DNA of 64,000 nt from Podarcis gaigeae (Eukaryota): assembly GCA_964106915.2 (NCBI GenBank), contig OZ066916.1. One strand, 5' to 3'. Shown here piece after piece: positions 27,071-42,300 of this stretch (the first letter of the stretch is position 1; every line of letters starts with the position of its first letter). Below the pieces are notes generated by a model. The model ran no database searches. It was not told where the DNA came from and saw nothing but the letters and a program-made list of their open reading frames with translations. A program made the translations under genes and the position numbers.

Positions 27071-30000
27071 TCAGTGGGGCTTCAGGTGCACATTTTCATC
27101 ATGATGTTTACCCCATTGGTAAAATTTGTCTTTTGATGCCCCCCCCCCACATTTAAAACCAATATAAAGCATAAGTACAGTGGTACCTCGGGTTAAGTAC
27201 TTAATTCGTTCCGGAAGTCTGTACTTAACCTGAAACTGTTCTTAACCTGAAGCACCACTTTAGCTAATGGGGCCTCCTGCTGCTGCCACGCCACCAGAGC
27301 ACGATTTCTGTTCTCATCCTGAAGCAAAGTTCTTAACCTGAAGCACTATTTCTGGGTTAGAGGAGCCTGTAACCTGAAGTGTATGTAACCTAAAGCGTAT
27401 CTAACCTGAGGTGCCACTGTATTAGTAGGGCTCTATGCCGCACACTGTTATGAATCAATACAATTCTCAGAACAAAATAATGTATGTGCCACAACTATTT
27501 TGTCTTTCCATCTTCAAAGAGATTGTGAAATAACACGTCAGAGACTTTCCCAAAGGCACATTTATGCAACATTTTACCAGAAATTGTTCCTTTTGGGTTG
27601 AAATAAACACTGCTTACTGGCAGTAAAGAGAAACAATGTTCTTTGTGGCTGGCCAGTTCATCAAAATTACAGTCCTTTACATAACTGCAAAATGAGAAAT
27701 AAGAAAACAGCCAGATGTCTAGTTATTTGTTTTGCATGACAAGCTTTCTAGGGAGAGATTTGGTTTGAACCATTATTCAGCATTAGACAGATTCCAAAAC
27801 TGTTTTAATCTCTCTCTCCCTCTTCCTCTCTCTAGATATCCTATTGTCATATTATCTTTAACTAATTAACCTTACAATCCAATGGTCCTTGGTGGGATTT
27901 CCCAGGGCTCACAGGAAGTATGAAATTTCCCTGTACAAGAATGGAGAAAGAGGTCTAACAACAGAGGGAGATCAGACATTGGATGCCTCCACCACACTGA
28001 GGAAACCTCCTTGGCCCTGGCCCAACTCATGTCACGCTTCCAACATAGGTAGGGCTGAAAAGAAGCAGGCACAAAGGATATATAGGATATATTTCAAAAC
28101 AAACAAACAAACAAATAGTAAGTGCTGGACTTAAGTATGTGTAGTAAGAATCTAAATTTTTAACTTCCAGATTGTTTTGTGATTACCGCATTAGAAAAAA
28201 AAGAAGCCTGGTTGCTTCCTTCTGCCATCACTCACCCAGGGCTTGTCCCAGTTGTTCCATGCCTAGAAAGCATGAGTGCAAGAGATTTTCCTGCAAAAAC
28301 CCGCTCTTTTGTGCTGAATTGGAGCAAATGTCAATCTGCAGAATGTTTTCTCCGATTTGGCAGCAAAGATTGGGATTTCCCAGGGCAAAGCAGAAGTGTG
28401 GACAAGCCTCTAGCTATTCAACAACTGCTCCTGTCTAAGCAAAATAAACATTCCATCTATGCTTTATAATAGCTTTTGAAGTACTTTGTTGTACCTTCTG
28501 GGAAGCATACATACAAAATAACGGCAGAAACAGGGTGAATGTCACAGCGTTCCATATATTCTGTGTTACTAAATACTAATAGGGCATACTGAATAGGATT
28601 TTTAAAAAAAATTAATGTAGCATTTAAAATGTCGGCTGGAATGGGTATCAGATTTAGAAAGGCTCACAAGCGCAGTATGCAAACAAACAAAAAATCAGGA
28701 ATTTGTCATTAAACAACAAAAAAGAAAAATTCAGATGGCTGAACGTACACATGGAAGCCAGACCCTTTTCCAGGGTGACATCAGAAAGACATGGAACTTT
28801 GCTTATTATAATTTCCTATCTCCCCCCCCCCCTGCTTTGTTTGCTTTTCTTCTTTTGAAGTTGCAGCTGTAAGCTGTGTGCATGCGTATGTACTTTTAAC
28901 AACTATTCGTCCAAAATTTGGGCAAGTGAAAAAATGATACTCACTCAACATTAATCTCATCTCTCAAAAAGGATTGGGAAGATTTGGTCAACTGAAAGTA
29001 GGAATGTAATTACGGTAAGTCATATGAAAGTGTTCTGCCTTGCCCACTAGATCCTGAGGTCTTCTAGAGAGTCCTGCAGCAGGATCCTCTAGCAGATCTT
29101 CATACTGCCAGTGATCCTAGGAGATGTTGGGTCTGGACTACTGGGGCTGCTGAAGAGGCCAGACACCATCTTGACTCTGCAGCCTGCAAGACCTGCTCCC
29201 TGCCTTGCAGGCCTTTTTCCACCTTAAAGACTGTGATCTGGGAGGGTGCTGTTGTGAGGTTCTGTTGCTGCTGTTAATGCTATTTTTGCATCTTTATTCT
29301 GATCTTATGATTTATGTGGAAATTGTTCAATTTGGTTGTGCACTTTCTGATGCTTTGTTGTTGTTTATGACTACTTTTTCTATGCTTGTAGTTAAGGTAA
29401 TCTTAAAAGTATGTTGTAAGGCAATTTGAGCATGGTTTTAACTTTGGAATCATGACATACAAATAAAATGATAGATTGGTTTATTGATTGTCATCCCTGC
29501 CCCTGGACTGGAGGCCATTATATCAGCTGCCTGGGTTCTGGGCCACTTCTCAGACCCCTACACCTCACATCTGCCATAGGGTCACAATGCTCATTCAACT
29601 CAATGGACTTAAGTTACTGGAATCAATTTATTTCAATGGGTCTAGCCTGACTTAGATATCACCCTATAAATTTATTGTGAAAGAATCAGAATCCATCTTG
29701 AGCATAATCTTTTTAAATGTTTTTAGAACCTTCAGCTGTTGATCATCTTCAGTGTTCTTAGTTACTTTGAGCCTTTGAGGATAAAGTGGGTTGTAAGTCA
29801 AAATAAATAAATAATCTTGGAAGTTTAAAAGGCATAGCCAAGCTTGCAACAAAGAGAAAATCCATCAGATCAAAGGACCCATAAACAAATAAGAAAGATT
29901 TGTGATATTCAGCTGAACATTTTACAGACAACTTGATTTTATGGAGCTGTGAGAGCTTTGAACACGTAGCAAATGCTTAGAATGCAAAACTTCACACCAC

Positions 30001-33000
30001 TTTTTTTTTTGGGGGGGGTCCTTTTCAGAAAAAAAAGTGATGCAATTTGCATCAAGCAAGATGCAGGGCAGGCCACAGAATAATAAGTAGGTACTGTCTA
30101 TCATTCAAGATAAGAAACAGTGCTCCCATTAAGTATCAAATGCTGTGGCTGCCCCTTTGGCTTCCGATCAATCATGCTCTCAAACTGGAGCCCCTTTGTG
30201 TTTTGCACGCTGTTGGATTTGGCATTACTAATACGTTCCTGTGTCAAAAAGCCTAGTTACCCATGGTAACAAGATTTTTGAGAGTCTCTTTTTAATGAGA
30301 CTCTACTATGAATCTAAAAATTATGTTTAAGTAGCATCTGCTAGCCTGTTCCAGGGCAGATAAAATATTTTGGCAACTTGTTCTTGGCCCCTGTCAGAGG
30401 CACAGAATTTTGCACTGCCTGCCTGCTTGTCTCAATTTAAAAGTATTTATATGCAACCCAATGAGGAAGTTTTGGGAGCAGTTTACAACAAACATAAAAA
30501 CAGATAAAAAATACAATAGAACAGGTCAACAGTAAATACAAAAACAAATAAAAATGCAGCAGAACAGGTCTATCTGCTTCTCTTGCCACGCATCAATACA
30601 TTTGCTACTCATTTTCACACTGTTTTTATGTGCTTTACTGCTAATCTGGAACAAAAGAATTTACACTGAATCTCTTTTGCCATTCTGTTGCCTTTCAGCC
30701 AGTTTAAAGAGTTCCTTTTGGAGCTTTTTGCACAAACCCCCAAATAATTTGGTGTCATTCACGAACATGGCTTCTTTGAACAGTTGGATAGCCTACCAGC
30801 ATACAAAGCTGTCATATACCATGTCAGACCACTTCGAAATACTAAATGAATGTGGCTTCTCAGAGCTTCAAACAGGGATTTCCCCCAGTCCTATCTGGGA
30901 TTTATTTATTACATTTATACCCCATGTTTCCTTCCTGGAGCTCAAGGTGGTATACATGGTTATTCCTCTTCCCATTTTATTCTCACAACAGCCCTGTAGG
31001 GCAGACTGAACTGAGAGACAGTGACTAGCCCAAGTGACTGGCCCAATAGGTTGCCAATAGTATCACATGTGCTTGTGATAGTCATCTATGTCCTTACATG
31101 CATAGCCTCCTGCTGCAGGATAATGTTGATGGGGTTAAATCGGGTTAGAAGGGGTGCAAAATGGAAGGTTGAAATAAAGAAATGATTCCTTTGGAAATTA
31201 TGAAGCACACCTACTATGTCCAGACCCTCATCTGGAAGTTGCAGTTAGGATGGTTAAAAGGTCAAGCACACAAGTCAAAGGCCACTCATGACATCTGTTG
31301 ATTTAAGAAACTTGCCAAAACTAGGTGGGTACAGATTACAGTAAATGATGTAAACTTAGTGAAAGACCGGTGCAACTTAGGAGGTCAACTTTTTTAGCCA
31401 TGACAGCTGGTTGTAGTTACTGGCCATAAAACTGAATTGTGTTTCTGATCAGCATCTCAAATTTTCTTCCCCACCCCTTCTACCTAGCCAAGTTCAGGAG
31501 AAGTTTGCAACTTGGATGAAGTGGAATCTACTTAAATTACCAACTACAGTGATCTTACAGAGCAATCAGAACCTCTGCCTGGAAGTGGTTGGCGTTGATG
31601 CAACACAGTAGATCACAGCTGCATCCACAGCCCCATCACTGGAACCATACTGTGCCAATCAATTCCCCAAACACCCTGTTTCAGGCTTTTTCCATGGACT
31701 TCTGCCCACAGGGATACCACTAGTGGTAGCTTCCAATCCACGTGCCATTGGGGAAAGTGTACAGGGCACACTTCTTGCTGCCAGGGCTCATGTGCTGCTG
31801 CCAGAATTCCCCCACCAGCAGCATGGCAGATTAGGAGGTGGGCTAGCTCCAGCCATCCTTCCCCACCCCCCTTCTAACTCAAGACTGAACAGGTGTTGAA
31901 ATATACAGGAGAAACAGTTTCCAACTCATTCAGCTGCATCTTAATACTTTCATCATGTGAACTAATGTGAAACTGTGGTACTTCGTAATTTGTGGTTACA
32001 TATTAAAAATGTGTGTCCTTGTTAACATATACTCCTGGTATCTGTTTATTATCTAGGTACCAGAATCAAAATGAAGTCTATATCTAAGAACGGAGAAATA
32101 AAAATCTTCCTCCATCACAAAAGGTATTTGTGCCAGCCATGTAAGAGCCCCTTATACCATCTTCAGTTGGCATATGAAGGGCAAAACAATAGTGTCACCC
32201 CCTTAGATTTCTGTCTAAGAGAGGATACTCCCTTCTTCAATATCTATAAAAAGTATACAACTTGTAATCTTCATATATTCATTTAAATAAAACAGATACC
32301 CAAGAAAACAATAAGAGAGGCACACACAATATTTTCGATAGTAGCTATTTAATAGTTTTAGTGAAGGACTTGAGAGTCTTAATTTTCATTACATGGGAGC
32401 TAGTATTTAAGAAAGCCTTGAGTGGTATACATAATGCATAGGCTGGGTTTTTTATTTTATTTTAGAACACTCAGGACATTAGTACTATATATAGGCAAAC
32501 ATCAAATGCATGGAATTGTGCCTCTGGCATCTGTGGAGTTCTGCAACTTAAGCAAACTAAAGCATGATGCAAGTGCACATCTAGCCACAAGACATGTTTG
32601 CAGGCATAAATAAGTGTTGTTGGCTCCCTTATACCTTGGGTCTCAAGATTTGTAAAATTTCATAACTCAAATGAACTTTTTGATTTATGTAACATATTTA
32701 GCTGGATAGGCATTTACTTTCAAAATAAAAGTAGCAGATAAAGAAGTTCAGAATAAGAAGCAAGTCTTTCTGTAATCTTATAACTTCTTTGGTAAACCCA
32801 CCACTCCTCACAAAAACTGTGGAGTTACGTAAAGCCATCTTTGCACAATGTCATTCAGAGATTACAGTAAGCCCGCAATTTACATGGGGGTTATGTTCTG
32901 GGAATCATGCCTAAAGCCAAAATCGCGTATAGTCAAAACACATTGGGTTCCATGGCAGGTGGGATTGCCAAAGTCTTTTCCCCTGGATGCCTGCCTCCTT

Positions 33001-36000
33001 TCAACACCCTTTTTAATTAGGTAAAATTGTTTGGCCAAGCACATAAACCTGAATGCACCCAAGTAAAATATGTGTACATTGCAGACTTACTGTACACCAA
33101 ACTACCTGCCTAGATCCTATACATTTGCCTCAGCATGTTTGTATCATGCTAAACAGTCATAAATGTTGGCACTTGAGATCCTGAACATTAATGAACAAGC
33201 ACAGCAAGTCTTGGAATTCCATCGTATCAACTGAAGAAGCACAAGTATATCCAGCAGTATTAAAACAGCTGATGCTCAAAAACAGTATTTCTTAAACTTA
33301 ACCAAAGTGGCTTTTATTTGGGGGGTGGAAGGGGGAGCTGTTTCATCATCATCATCATCATCATTTATTATTTATACCCCGCCCATCTGGCTGGGTTTCC
33401 CCAGCCACTCCGGGTAGCTTCCAACAAAGATTTAAAATACATTAAAAATACATTTCAGTACTCCTAATCAAACCCCATTTCAAGGGAACTTTCAAATAAT
33501 CATGTTTCTATCCAAATTAGGGAAAACCATTTACGGGTTGATAGTAATTCTCTCCCCACACACAAACATGCATGGATGACCAACCAAAGCCCTTTTTTTC
33601 TTAAACTTCTCTACAGTAAATCAACATAACCAAGGCAGGACATAAAACAGAACTAAAGTTAATGCAGCAGTTCAGATTTTTAGATGCTGAAAATATGATC
33701 CTATATTTCAAGGATCTTCACTGTTTTTAAAATGTGTGTACAAAAAAGAAAGCCTTAGCAAAAAGTGCTATCCTATAAATACATACATATATGTATCTTG
33801 ATGGCATACCTGTATCACATGATGTTTTTCATGTAGTGTAGGTATCTTAAACATTTGGCACCAATATGTTGTATCTTTGTCTGGTATAGGCACCTGTCTT
33901 AATAAAAAGAAAAGGAAAGGCAAATATAATATAAAAGTATCTGATTTCTGCTCCCTGTACAGGTAGCTAACAGTTCCACCCATCTTACCCTGATACTTAA
34001 TAAAAGCAAAACCCAAAGAAACTTACGCCTTGGTTTGTCAAGTCAAAATACGGCAATGAGGGAGCGATAATAGCAGTCTTCTCTGGGTTCAATAAACGAA
34101 GACTCTTTGTCCCTCGATTTGAACCATGGTAATTTTGAACTCCTTCTCTAAAGTCTTTGTCATGGTATGCCCATATCACCCTCACTGTGCTTTCCTAGAA
34201 AGGAAAAAGGAAAAACTTTACTGATTAAGTATGCAAGAAGATGTCACAGTCAATCATGGCAGCTTACCAGATGAATCTGCCCATATATAACAGCCTTTCC
34301 TAATGATAGGTAAAGGTAAAGGTACCCCTGCCTGTTCGGGCCAGTCTTGCCAGACTCTAGGGTTGTGTGCTCATCTCACTCTATAGGCCAAGAGCCAGTG
34401 CTGTCCGCAGACACTTCCAGGTCACGTGGCCAGCGTGACAAGCTGCATCTGGCGAGCCAGCACAGCACACGGAAACCATTTACCTTCCTGCTGGTAGGCG
34501 GTCCCTATTTATCTACTTGCACCCGGGGGTGCTTTCGAACTGCTAGGTGGGCAGGCGCTGGGACCAAACGACGGGAGCGCACCCCGCCGCGGGGATTTGA
34601 ACCGTCGACCATGCGATCGGCAAGTCCTAGGCACTGAGGTTTTACCCACAGCGCCACCCTTTCCTAATGATACCCTAATGATACCCTTCTTATATTTTAG
34701 ACTACACCACCTGGCTAGGGTTGGTGAGAGATAGTCCAGAAAGATTCTTTAGTAAGGGATTTAGTAAGGAATTCTTTAGTAAGAGATAGCTGGATTTTAT
34801 CTTTTTGTAGTTCTATCACTCTGCACTTCATTTTGTTTTGTTTAAATTTGCTGTTTAAAATAGTTTTGTCTGCTTTTTATACAGCCTAAATATGATAAAA
34901 AAGCGGTATTTTTAAATTTTAAATTTTAAAAATCCAAGAACATTCGTTTCACCTATCCTAAAGCATTCTGTACTTCAGGCAATGCCTCCTTGTGGAATTG
35001 AGATACAGTGGTACCTCTGGTTACGTACTTAAACCGTTCCGAAGGTCCATTCTTAAGCTGAAACCGTTCTTAAACTGAGGTACCACTTTAGCTAATGAGG
35101 CCTTCCCCTGAGTCTGCGCCACCAGTGCACAATTTCTGTTCTCATCCTGAGGTAAAGTTCTTTACCCGAGGTACTACTTCTGGGTTAGCGGAATCTGTAA
35201 CTCAAAGTGTTTGTAACCTGAGGTGTTTGTAACCCAAGGTACCACTATATTCTGGTACCACCAGAATCTGTAATTAAACAAACTTCTATTAGGCATGGAG
35301 CTTTTCAGTGAGAGAGAAAAAGCTCAACAACTTTTCTGTCCGGATTTTCACGTTTTGAAATATGGCAACCTTAGCATAGCATAATGGTTAATTGATCCAA
35401 GAATGTGAAGCTCACAAACGGCTTGATTTTTTTGGGGGGGGGGAGCAGACTGTTTTATCTCTTCATTCATGATTTAAGTCTTACTCCCCTCTCTCTAAGT
35501 CAGATTGATCGTCAACTACTTACTGTTATACTCTTGTCGTTGGGGTCACACGTGTGAAGTTGCCGGCTGAAAGCTAGTATCGTATGGGTACTGTTTTCCA
35601 TGGCATATTCCAGATGGTAGTCCTGCTGTGAGTCCTTTTTCAATGTTCTGTCTGCATTTGTAAAATAATCCTGTTGAAGAAACAAACCTGCTGTTACTTT
35701 TTTTGCTTTAAATAATCTGAACTCAACAACCTTTTGAGTTTTCTGGGAAAGAAGTGTAAAAGGATAAGTTGTAATTTTCTAAGAAAGTATTTTATATTAG
35801 CAAACAGGAAAACATCAGAATTTAGCCACCAGAATTTATTTTATAACTGTATGCATATATTTTCATCTGCACACCTTACAAAAGAGGGAAGGAAAGAGCA
35901 GAAAAAGAAAACAAAGCAAATTTCCCAACATTGTCACCATGAAAACATGAAATATATTGTAATCAAAATAGTTACATTAAAAGATCCATGTGAAACATTT

Positions 36001-36285
36001 TGTACAGATGATAATTCTTTGCATTGCACTTGTAGGTTAGAAGTGTATCCATTATGGTTTTGCTTTACATTTGTAGAATGTATAAACTAACTTTTAAAAG
36101 TCTGTTGTTAAATTGTATCTATTTCAAAGCCCTCTTCTGTTTCATGTTTTAAAATCTAGGAATAACATGTCTGCATTAATGAACAATCTAATACCCCAAT
36201 CCTAAACCTATGTTGTTAGTTCCTTCTATTTCCTTAGAACCTACTTCCCAGTCCACATATGGAAGGAAGCTATTCATAACCAAGT

Positions 36286-36355
<70 letters not shown>

Positions 36356-39300
36356 GAAATATTAAATAGGAATATGATATTGTTGTACACTTTGTATGTG
36401 CCAACCTACAGGAATATTTTAATGTTTTTCTGAGGAAAGATTATCCTAGTTCTCAATGTTAGCAGACATATGATATAATGCATAAGCTGCATTATAATGT
36501 CATTAACCTCTTCACCTCTGAATTCTTTGTCATAATGTGCAGCTGGCTTTCTGACTCCTCTCTAGGTCACCATAAGTCCTGTGACTGACTTAAAATTCTC
36601 TGGTGCTAATTCACAAAAACCTTCCATAGACTTAGAGACCAGGACAGTAATGTCATCTAATTTTTTCTTCTTAGCTTGTGGGGGCATTTGTGCATTTGTT
36701 CCCTATTTTGCTCAGAGTGAGTTTGCCAGGTCCACACTCCAAAATGAGGTGTTGAGTCAGCTGTAGCTACTATGATTTCATATGCATTTTCCCAGCAGTT
36801 CTTGCTTTCTTTCTTTCTTTTTTAAAAAGAATTTTATTAGAGATATATGTAAAAGATAGGGGTGGGGTGGGGCAGACAACAGACCAAATAAATAAACAGA
36901 AACTAAACACAAAAAAATTTGGGTGGATAACCCAAGGTATGCATCTTCAAGAAAACCAGTATATATTAGTGGACAAACATTTCCAGTCCGCAAAAGATAA
37001 CTCATGTGACAGATCAACAAAGATATTGACATTCAGTCAGTTCACTCACCTGCCTCCGGTACCTGCTATGAGGCAAAATATTCTGAGTTTACATGTTACC
37101 TTGAATTACTCTATTATCATGATCATCAGAGCAGCTTTGTGTAAGGAGTTATTCTCTGCCTATGATGTGGCACTGTGTGGCTCTGCATTACAGTGGCAAC
37201 CCCCAGCACTGTATATAACTGTAATCTGCCCTAACCTCATTGGCAAAGACATATGTGAAGAACGATGATAATGACTCCTTGACTCCATCAGGATGTGGCT
37301 TGGCAACCCCAGGAAGGATAGGAAGATGGGTGGGGGTGGGAACTGGAAGGTTGGCACCCAGAGATGGAGGAAGGAGGTCCTCCCCTTTTGGCTCTAGAGG
37401 CCAGAGAGGTGGAAGTAGATTTGCTAGTTCTCTCCATCCCCCCAACTGTGGACCAGGCACCACCTTTGTAGGTAAGATCACATGCACCCCCCAGACAGAG
37501 CAGACATGTGTACCTGTGGCCGACACACAGGACAAGACAGTCTTATGGCAGAGTTTGCCCTGCCTTATCTTTGAAAACTTGGCAGGAGGGGAATGTCACT
37601 TGTTGGGACATCTTCGTAGCTTCCATATGGACCTCTTGCCTTACTCATGCGCCTTGGAATCCTGACTTCTGGGACTTGTGCTTGCCGCTGAGCTTGTACC
37701 ACTATGAGCATGAACAGAGACATCTTCCTTATTCTGAAGTCACAGATGCTACCAGTGGGAGCCTGTCAATGGCAAGAACCATGTCAGCTCAAAATATTGT
37801 GTAAAGAGAGAGCTTTAGATCACTGCTGACCACATGCGATGTGCTGTTCATCCTGGATGTAGACTATATAATGAGAAAGTTTAGCATGTTTTGAAGTAAC
37901 GATACTGCCGAAAATCAGCACTTTTTAAAAAAGAAAACTACCGTAAGCAATTATTGGCTTGTGGGTGTAGTCAAACAATTAGATGTCTTTCATGCACTGG
38001 AAGTAATTTAGAAATTGAAGCAACACATGGTAAGTTGATTTTACGGATCATAAAAGATGAGGTATATAATTTCCTACAGATGAAGGCATTGATGATGAAT
38101 TGCTCCTCACATGCTGTTGACCCTGCTCTCACTCTCTCAAAAGAGATTTGCAGTTGATATGGTTTCTGATTAGTGCTATACAAAATGGCAAGGAGAGTAC
38201 TTTCTTATGGATGTAGTAAAAATATGTAAATAAGCCCTGTTTTATCCTTGAAGAATGTAAGCAGAGCTGCACAAGGAACCTTCGGGGGGAGGGAGGAATC
38301 ACAGCTGTCATTCTATCCTTGAACAGGTGTTTTTATGGAGAAGATACCCTCCAACTACTTGACAACCTGCAATATATGTTGCCTCCTTCCATTTGTAAAG
38401 GAAGTGAGAATAATATGTTCAACTACACTGGGGCACTCCAACACAAAGGGTCACAAGATTATTTGATAGCCTGATTATGCAATTTACCGGGGCATATGAG
38501 CCATTATGCTTGTGAGATGTAAATTTTGTTCCACGTGAATGCAAATTATGGATGAGTATTCATTCTGTACCACCCAAGTCAGACTAATACAGTGACTAGT
38601 GTGCAAGGTCCACATTCACATCTGGCACAAGTTAAGGGACGCGGGTGGTGCTGTGGGTAAAACCTCAGTGCCTAGGGCTTGCCAATCGCATGGTCGGCGG
38701 TTTGAATCCCCATGGCGGGGTGAGCTCCCGTCTTTCGGTCCCAGCTCCTGCCCACCTAGCAGTTCGAAAGCACCCTTAAGTGCAAGTAGATAAATAGGTA
38801 CCACTTTATAGCAGGAAGGTAAACGGCATTTCCGTGTGCTGTGCTGGTGCTGGCTTGCCAGAGCAGCTTCATCACGCTGGCCACGTGACCCAGAAGTGTC
38901 TCTGGACAGCGCTGGCCCCCGGCCTCTTAAGTGAGATGGGCGCACAACCCTAGAGTCGGACACGACTGGCCCGTATGGGCAGGGGTACCTTAAGCTCTCA
39001 GCTTAACTTACATGGTTATATTGTGAGGGTAAAATGTCAGTCTGAGATTCACTGGAAGGATTCAAATGTAATAAAGAACAAAAAAAAGAATTGCTTCAGG
39101 CATTTTTAGGTGGGGAACCATTTAGAATTGGCAGGCTGACAAGTCCTTTATTATCATTTAACCTGGCTTTGGGGAATTATGCAGGTTTACAACCTAACAC
39201 AACAGAGACCACACCCTGCCCCTCTGGCTGGGTTTCCCCAGCAGGGCTTGATTAATTATAGCAGAGGGTCCCAACCAGGGCTATAGGTATTTTGTGTATC

Positions 39301-42300
39301 TGTGGAAAACCTGAGAAGAGGGGGGTGTCTGTGAGGGATTTTATCTTAAAAATAACACTTGTTTCTACACCTCATGGTAAAAGAATAAAACTTCAGAAAT
39401 TGTGTCTTTTCTTCACAATTTGTTTCAACCTTGTAGAAAACCTCTATCTGTACTCAACACTTCTTCAAAATGGTTGTCGAATTACCGTAATGCAGATTTG
39501 AACACATGTTGAAAAGAAGCAGGTCTGCTGTGTGGAAGGCCAGTAAATATGGAGCAAGATGCCAACTACTATGTTTTGTTCTGGTTTCTCAAGTGTGAAT
39601 GCTCTTACACTACAAACTCAGCCCATAGTTAAGTCAATACAGGGAGGCTTCGTACTGAAATGCCTCCAGCCAAACACCAGCTGACATATAAAGTGTGTGT
39701 CACACTGACATATCTCCCCTTACTGCTTTTCTATTTGTTTCTCAGCATTTCTTTCTTTATGTTGGCATGAGTGCATTTAAAAGAAGAATATGGTTCCGTT
39801 CACCATTTTCTCGATTTTCAGTTCTGATTGTTCCTCTGTAACATCTCAAAATTGATTGTATTTGATAAAACAAATATTCTTCGTTATGGGTGTCAGCTAA
39901 CAAGCAAGGGTTGTAATGAACACAGCGCTATCAAGTATTAATGAAGAGCTATTCACAAAAGGATTTATGCCTCAAGTAAGGGCTATTTTTGTGCAAGAAT
40001 TCAACAGAAGGGTTTGCAATGCAACGTTCTGTAGAACTTGCACAAAACAAGCATTCATAAAGAAGGATTACCCTCTGCAAAAATGGATCTCACAGCTACT
40101 GCAGGCTGCGGGTGGGATCGCACAATTCCAGATAAGGGCGGAGACCATGGAGGAGGCAAGAAAATGCAAGCTGTGTCAATTCATGAGCAAAAAAGAGAGG
40201 GTCTTTCAAAAAGCTAGATGCAAAAATTAGAGCTGCCTTGAGCACTCTCATGGCAAGTAATCCGCCGAGAAACTCACTTTGGCAATATTGCAGTGGCACT
40301 ATAACTACAAGCGCAGACAGACTGAGCAATTTCTCTGAGGCAGCACCAATCAAGTATCTTTGCTTCACTGCACTGAGGTACATGTGCTTTTTCCATGCTT
40401 AAATGTATTCATAATAATAGCTCCACCCGTCTGCAGCTACTTTGCTACCATTGGCCTGCAAATGTGTCTGTAGTGAGAGCTCTCTCTCTTTCTCTTTCTC
40501 TCCCCCCTCCCCCGCCACCTTAGCTCAACTCTCACTCTTTTCCCACCCCTCATAGAACAGCTATTAAGCATGCTTGAGAGACCACTCTTATTTAGGCACA
40601 AGTCTTGCACTTTCCAAATAGTTAGAGCTGGGTTCCCACTCTAATCTCTGAGCTCCTGGAATGCTCGGCCACTAATGCATCATTCCAGGCTCCCTCTCCA
40701 CTCAAGCACAGTTTTTGAAAGAATGTGTGGACCCTTTGTAAAGTTCTTTTTTGTCTCCATAACATAATTGCACCCTTCAACCTGATTGATCTATTTACAA
40801 GGAGTTAGCAGAAGCATCTTTCAAGTTCTGTTTCATCATACCAGATACTGAAGCAAAAGCCCCAGGTAACATCAAGAGGCACGCAGAGAGATAATTATTT
40901 ATATTTTTTATTTAAAAGTTTTCCTGATCTCTAGTACTTGGCAATTTTTTTCTTTTTTGGGTGGGGATGTGGGAAATCAATTCCTGGTGGGGCATTTTAA
41001 ATTTTTTAAAGTCTATGAAAAAAGAAAGCTCTGGCTTGTTTGTGTATATATGTGTGTTTTTCTTATAAATCCTATGTAAAAACACTTCAGTTCCACTGTT
41101 CAGATCTTCCACTATGAACTTTCACAGATTGATCAGCTAGATGTTGATCTATATCTTCCTTAATGGAAGCAAAGCAGTTTTATCTAATGGAGCATATGAA
41201 TTGCAAGTTTCTTGGGAGCAGGACCTTTTTAAAAAATAAAATAAAAATAAAGCACCATATTGTGCGCACCAATATGGTGCAAACATAATAATTCACTTAT
41301 GTTTACTTATATAAACATAAGTTAATACTAAAGGAAAAAGATAAATGCCTACTTTGTGGTAATCGAACCTTTATATTGTCACTAATCTGTGCTAGAGGGA
41401 CGCAGGTGGCGCTGTGGGTTAAAGCCTCAGCGCCTAGGACTTGCCGATCGAAAGGTCGGCGGTTCGAATCCCTGCGGCGGGGTGCGCTCCCGCTGCTCGG
41501 TCCCAGCGCCTGCCAACCTAGCAGTTCCAAAGCACCTCCGGGTGCAAGTAGATAAATAGGGACCGCTTACCAGCGGGAAGGTAAACGGCGTTTCCGTGTG
41601 CGGCTCTGGCTCGCCAGAGCAGCGATGTCACGCTGGCCACGTGACCCGGAAGTGTCTCCGGACAGCGCTGGCCCCTGGCCTCTTAAGTGAGATGGGCGCA
41701 CAACCCCAGAGTCTGTCAAAACTGGCCCGTACGGGCAGGGGTACCTTTACCTTTACCTTTAATCTGTGCTAAATGATATAAAGCAGTTTCCTGTGTTCCT
41801 ACGATGTGGCTGGCTGCTAAGTTTACTCATGAGCCTTTTGTGAGGAATTTTATCAAAAGCATTTTGGAAGTCTAAGTATAGACTGTCAACCAGATCTCCC
41901 TCAATGCCAGATGAGAAACAGACAGATGAGAGGCAGAAAATTACTTGTATGCTATTGCCTTTTCCTCCAATGAGCATGCTACCCATCTGGTCACTTATCT
42001 GCTCACCTTAGAAGGGTCTTAGATGGACCCAAGTCTTGCCCAGGGATCAACCCTCAAACCTGCCGAATTCAGAACCAACTTCAGCACCAGGCTTCTAACC
42101 TGGGAGATAAGGCTATTCATAAAATAGGTCAAATTTTTAAAAACGCTTTTAAGCCTTCTACTACTCTCTGTCTCGCATAGGATTGCTGGCACACACCCTC
42201 CCCATAAAAACACACGCCCCGCACATGCCAGAATAACTCCAATACATGTTTGAATGTTTCCTCATATTAATTCTTTTTACAACCCAGCAAGTTCACGGAA

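Noticed and set aside
31714-31732. CTCF-like motif CCACTAGTGGTAGC
   Set aside because: One base short of the core spacing; indistinguishable from chance.
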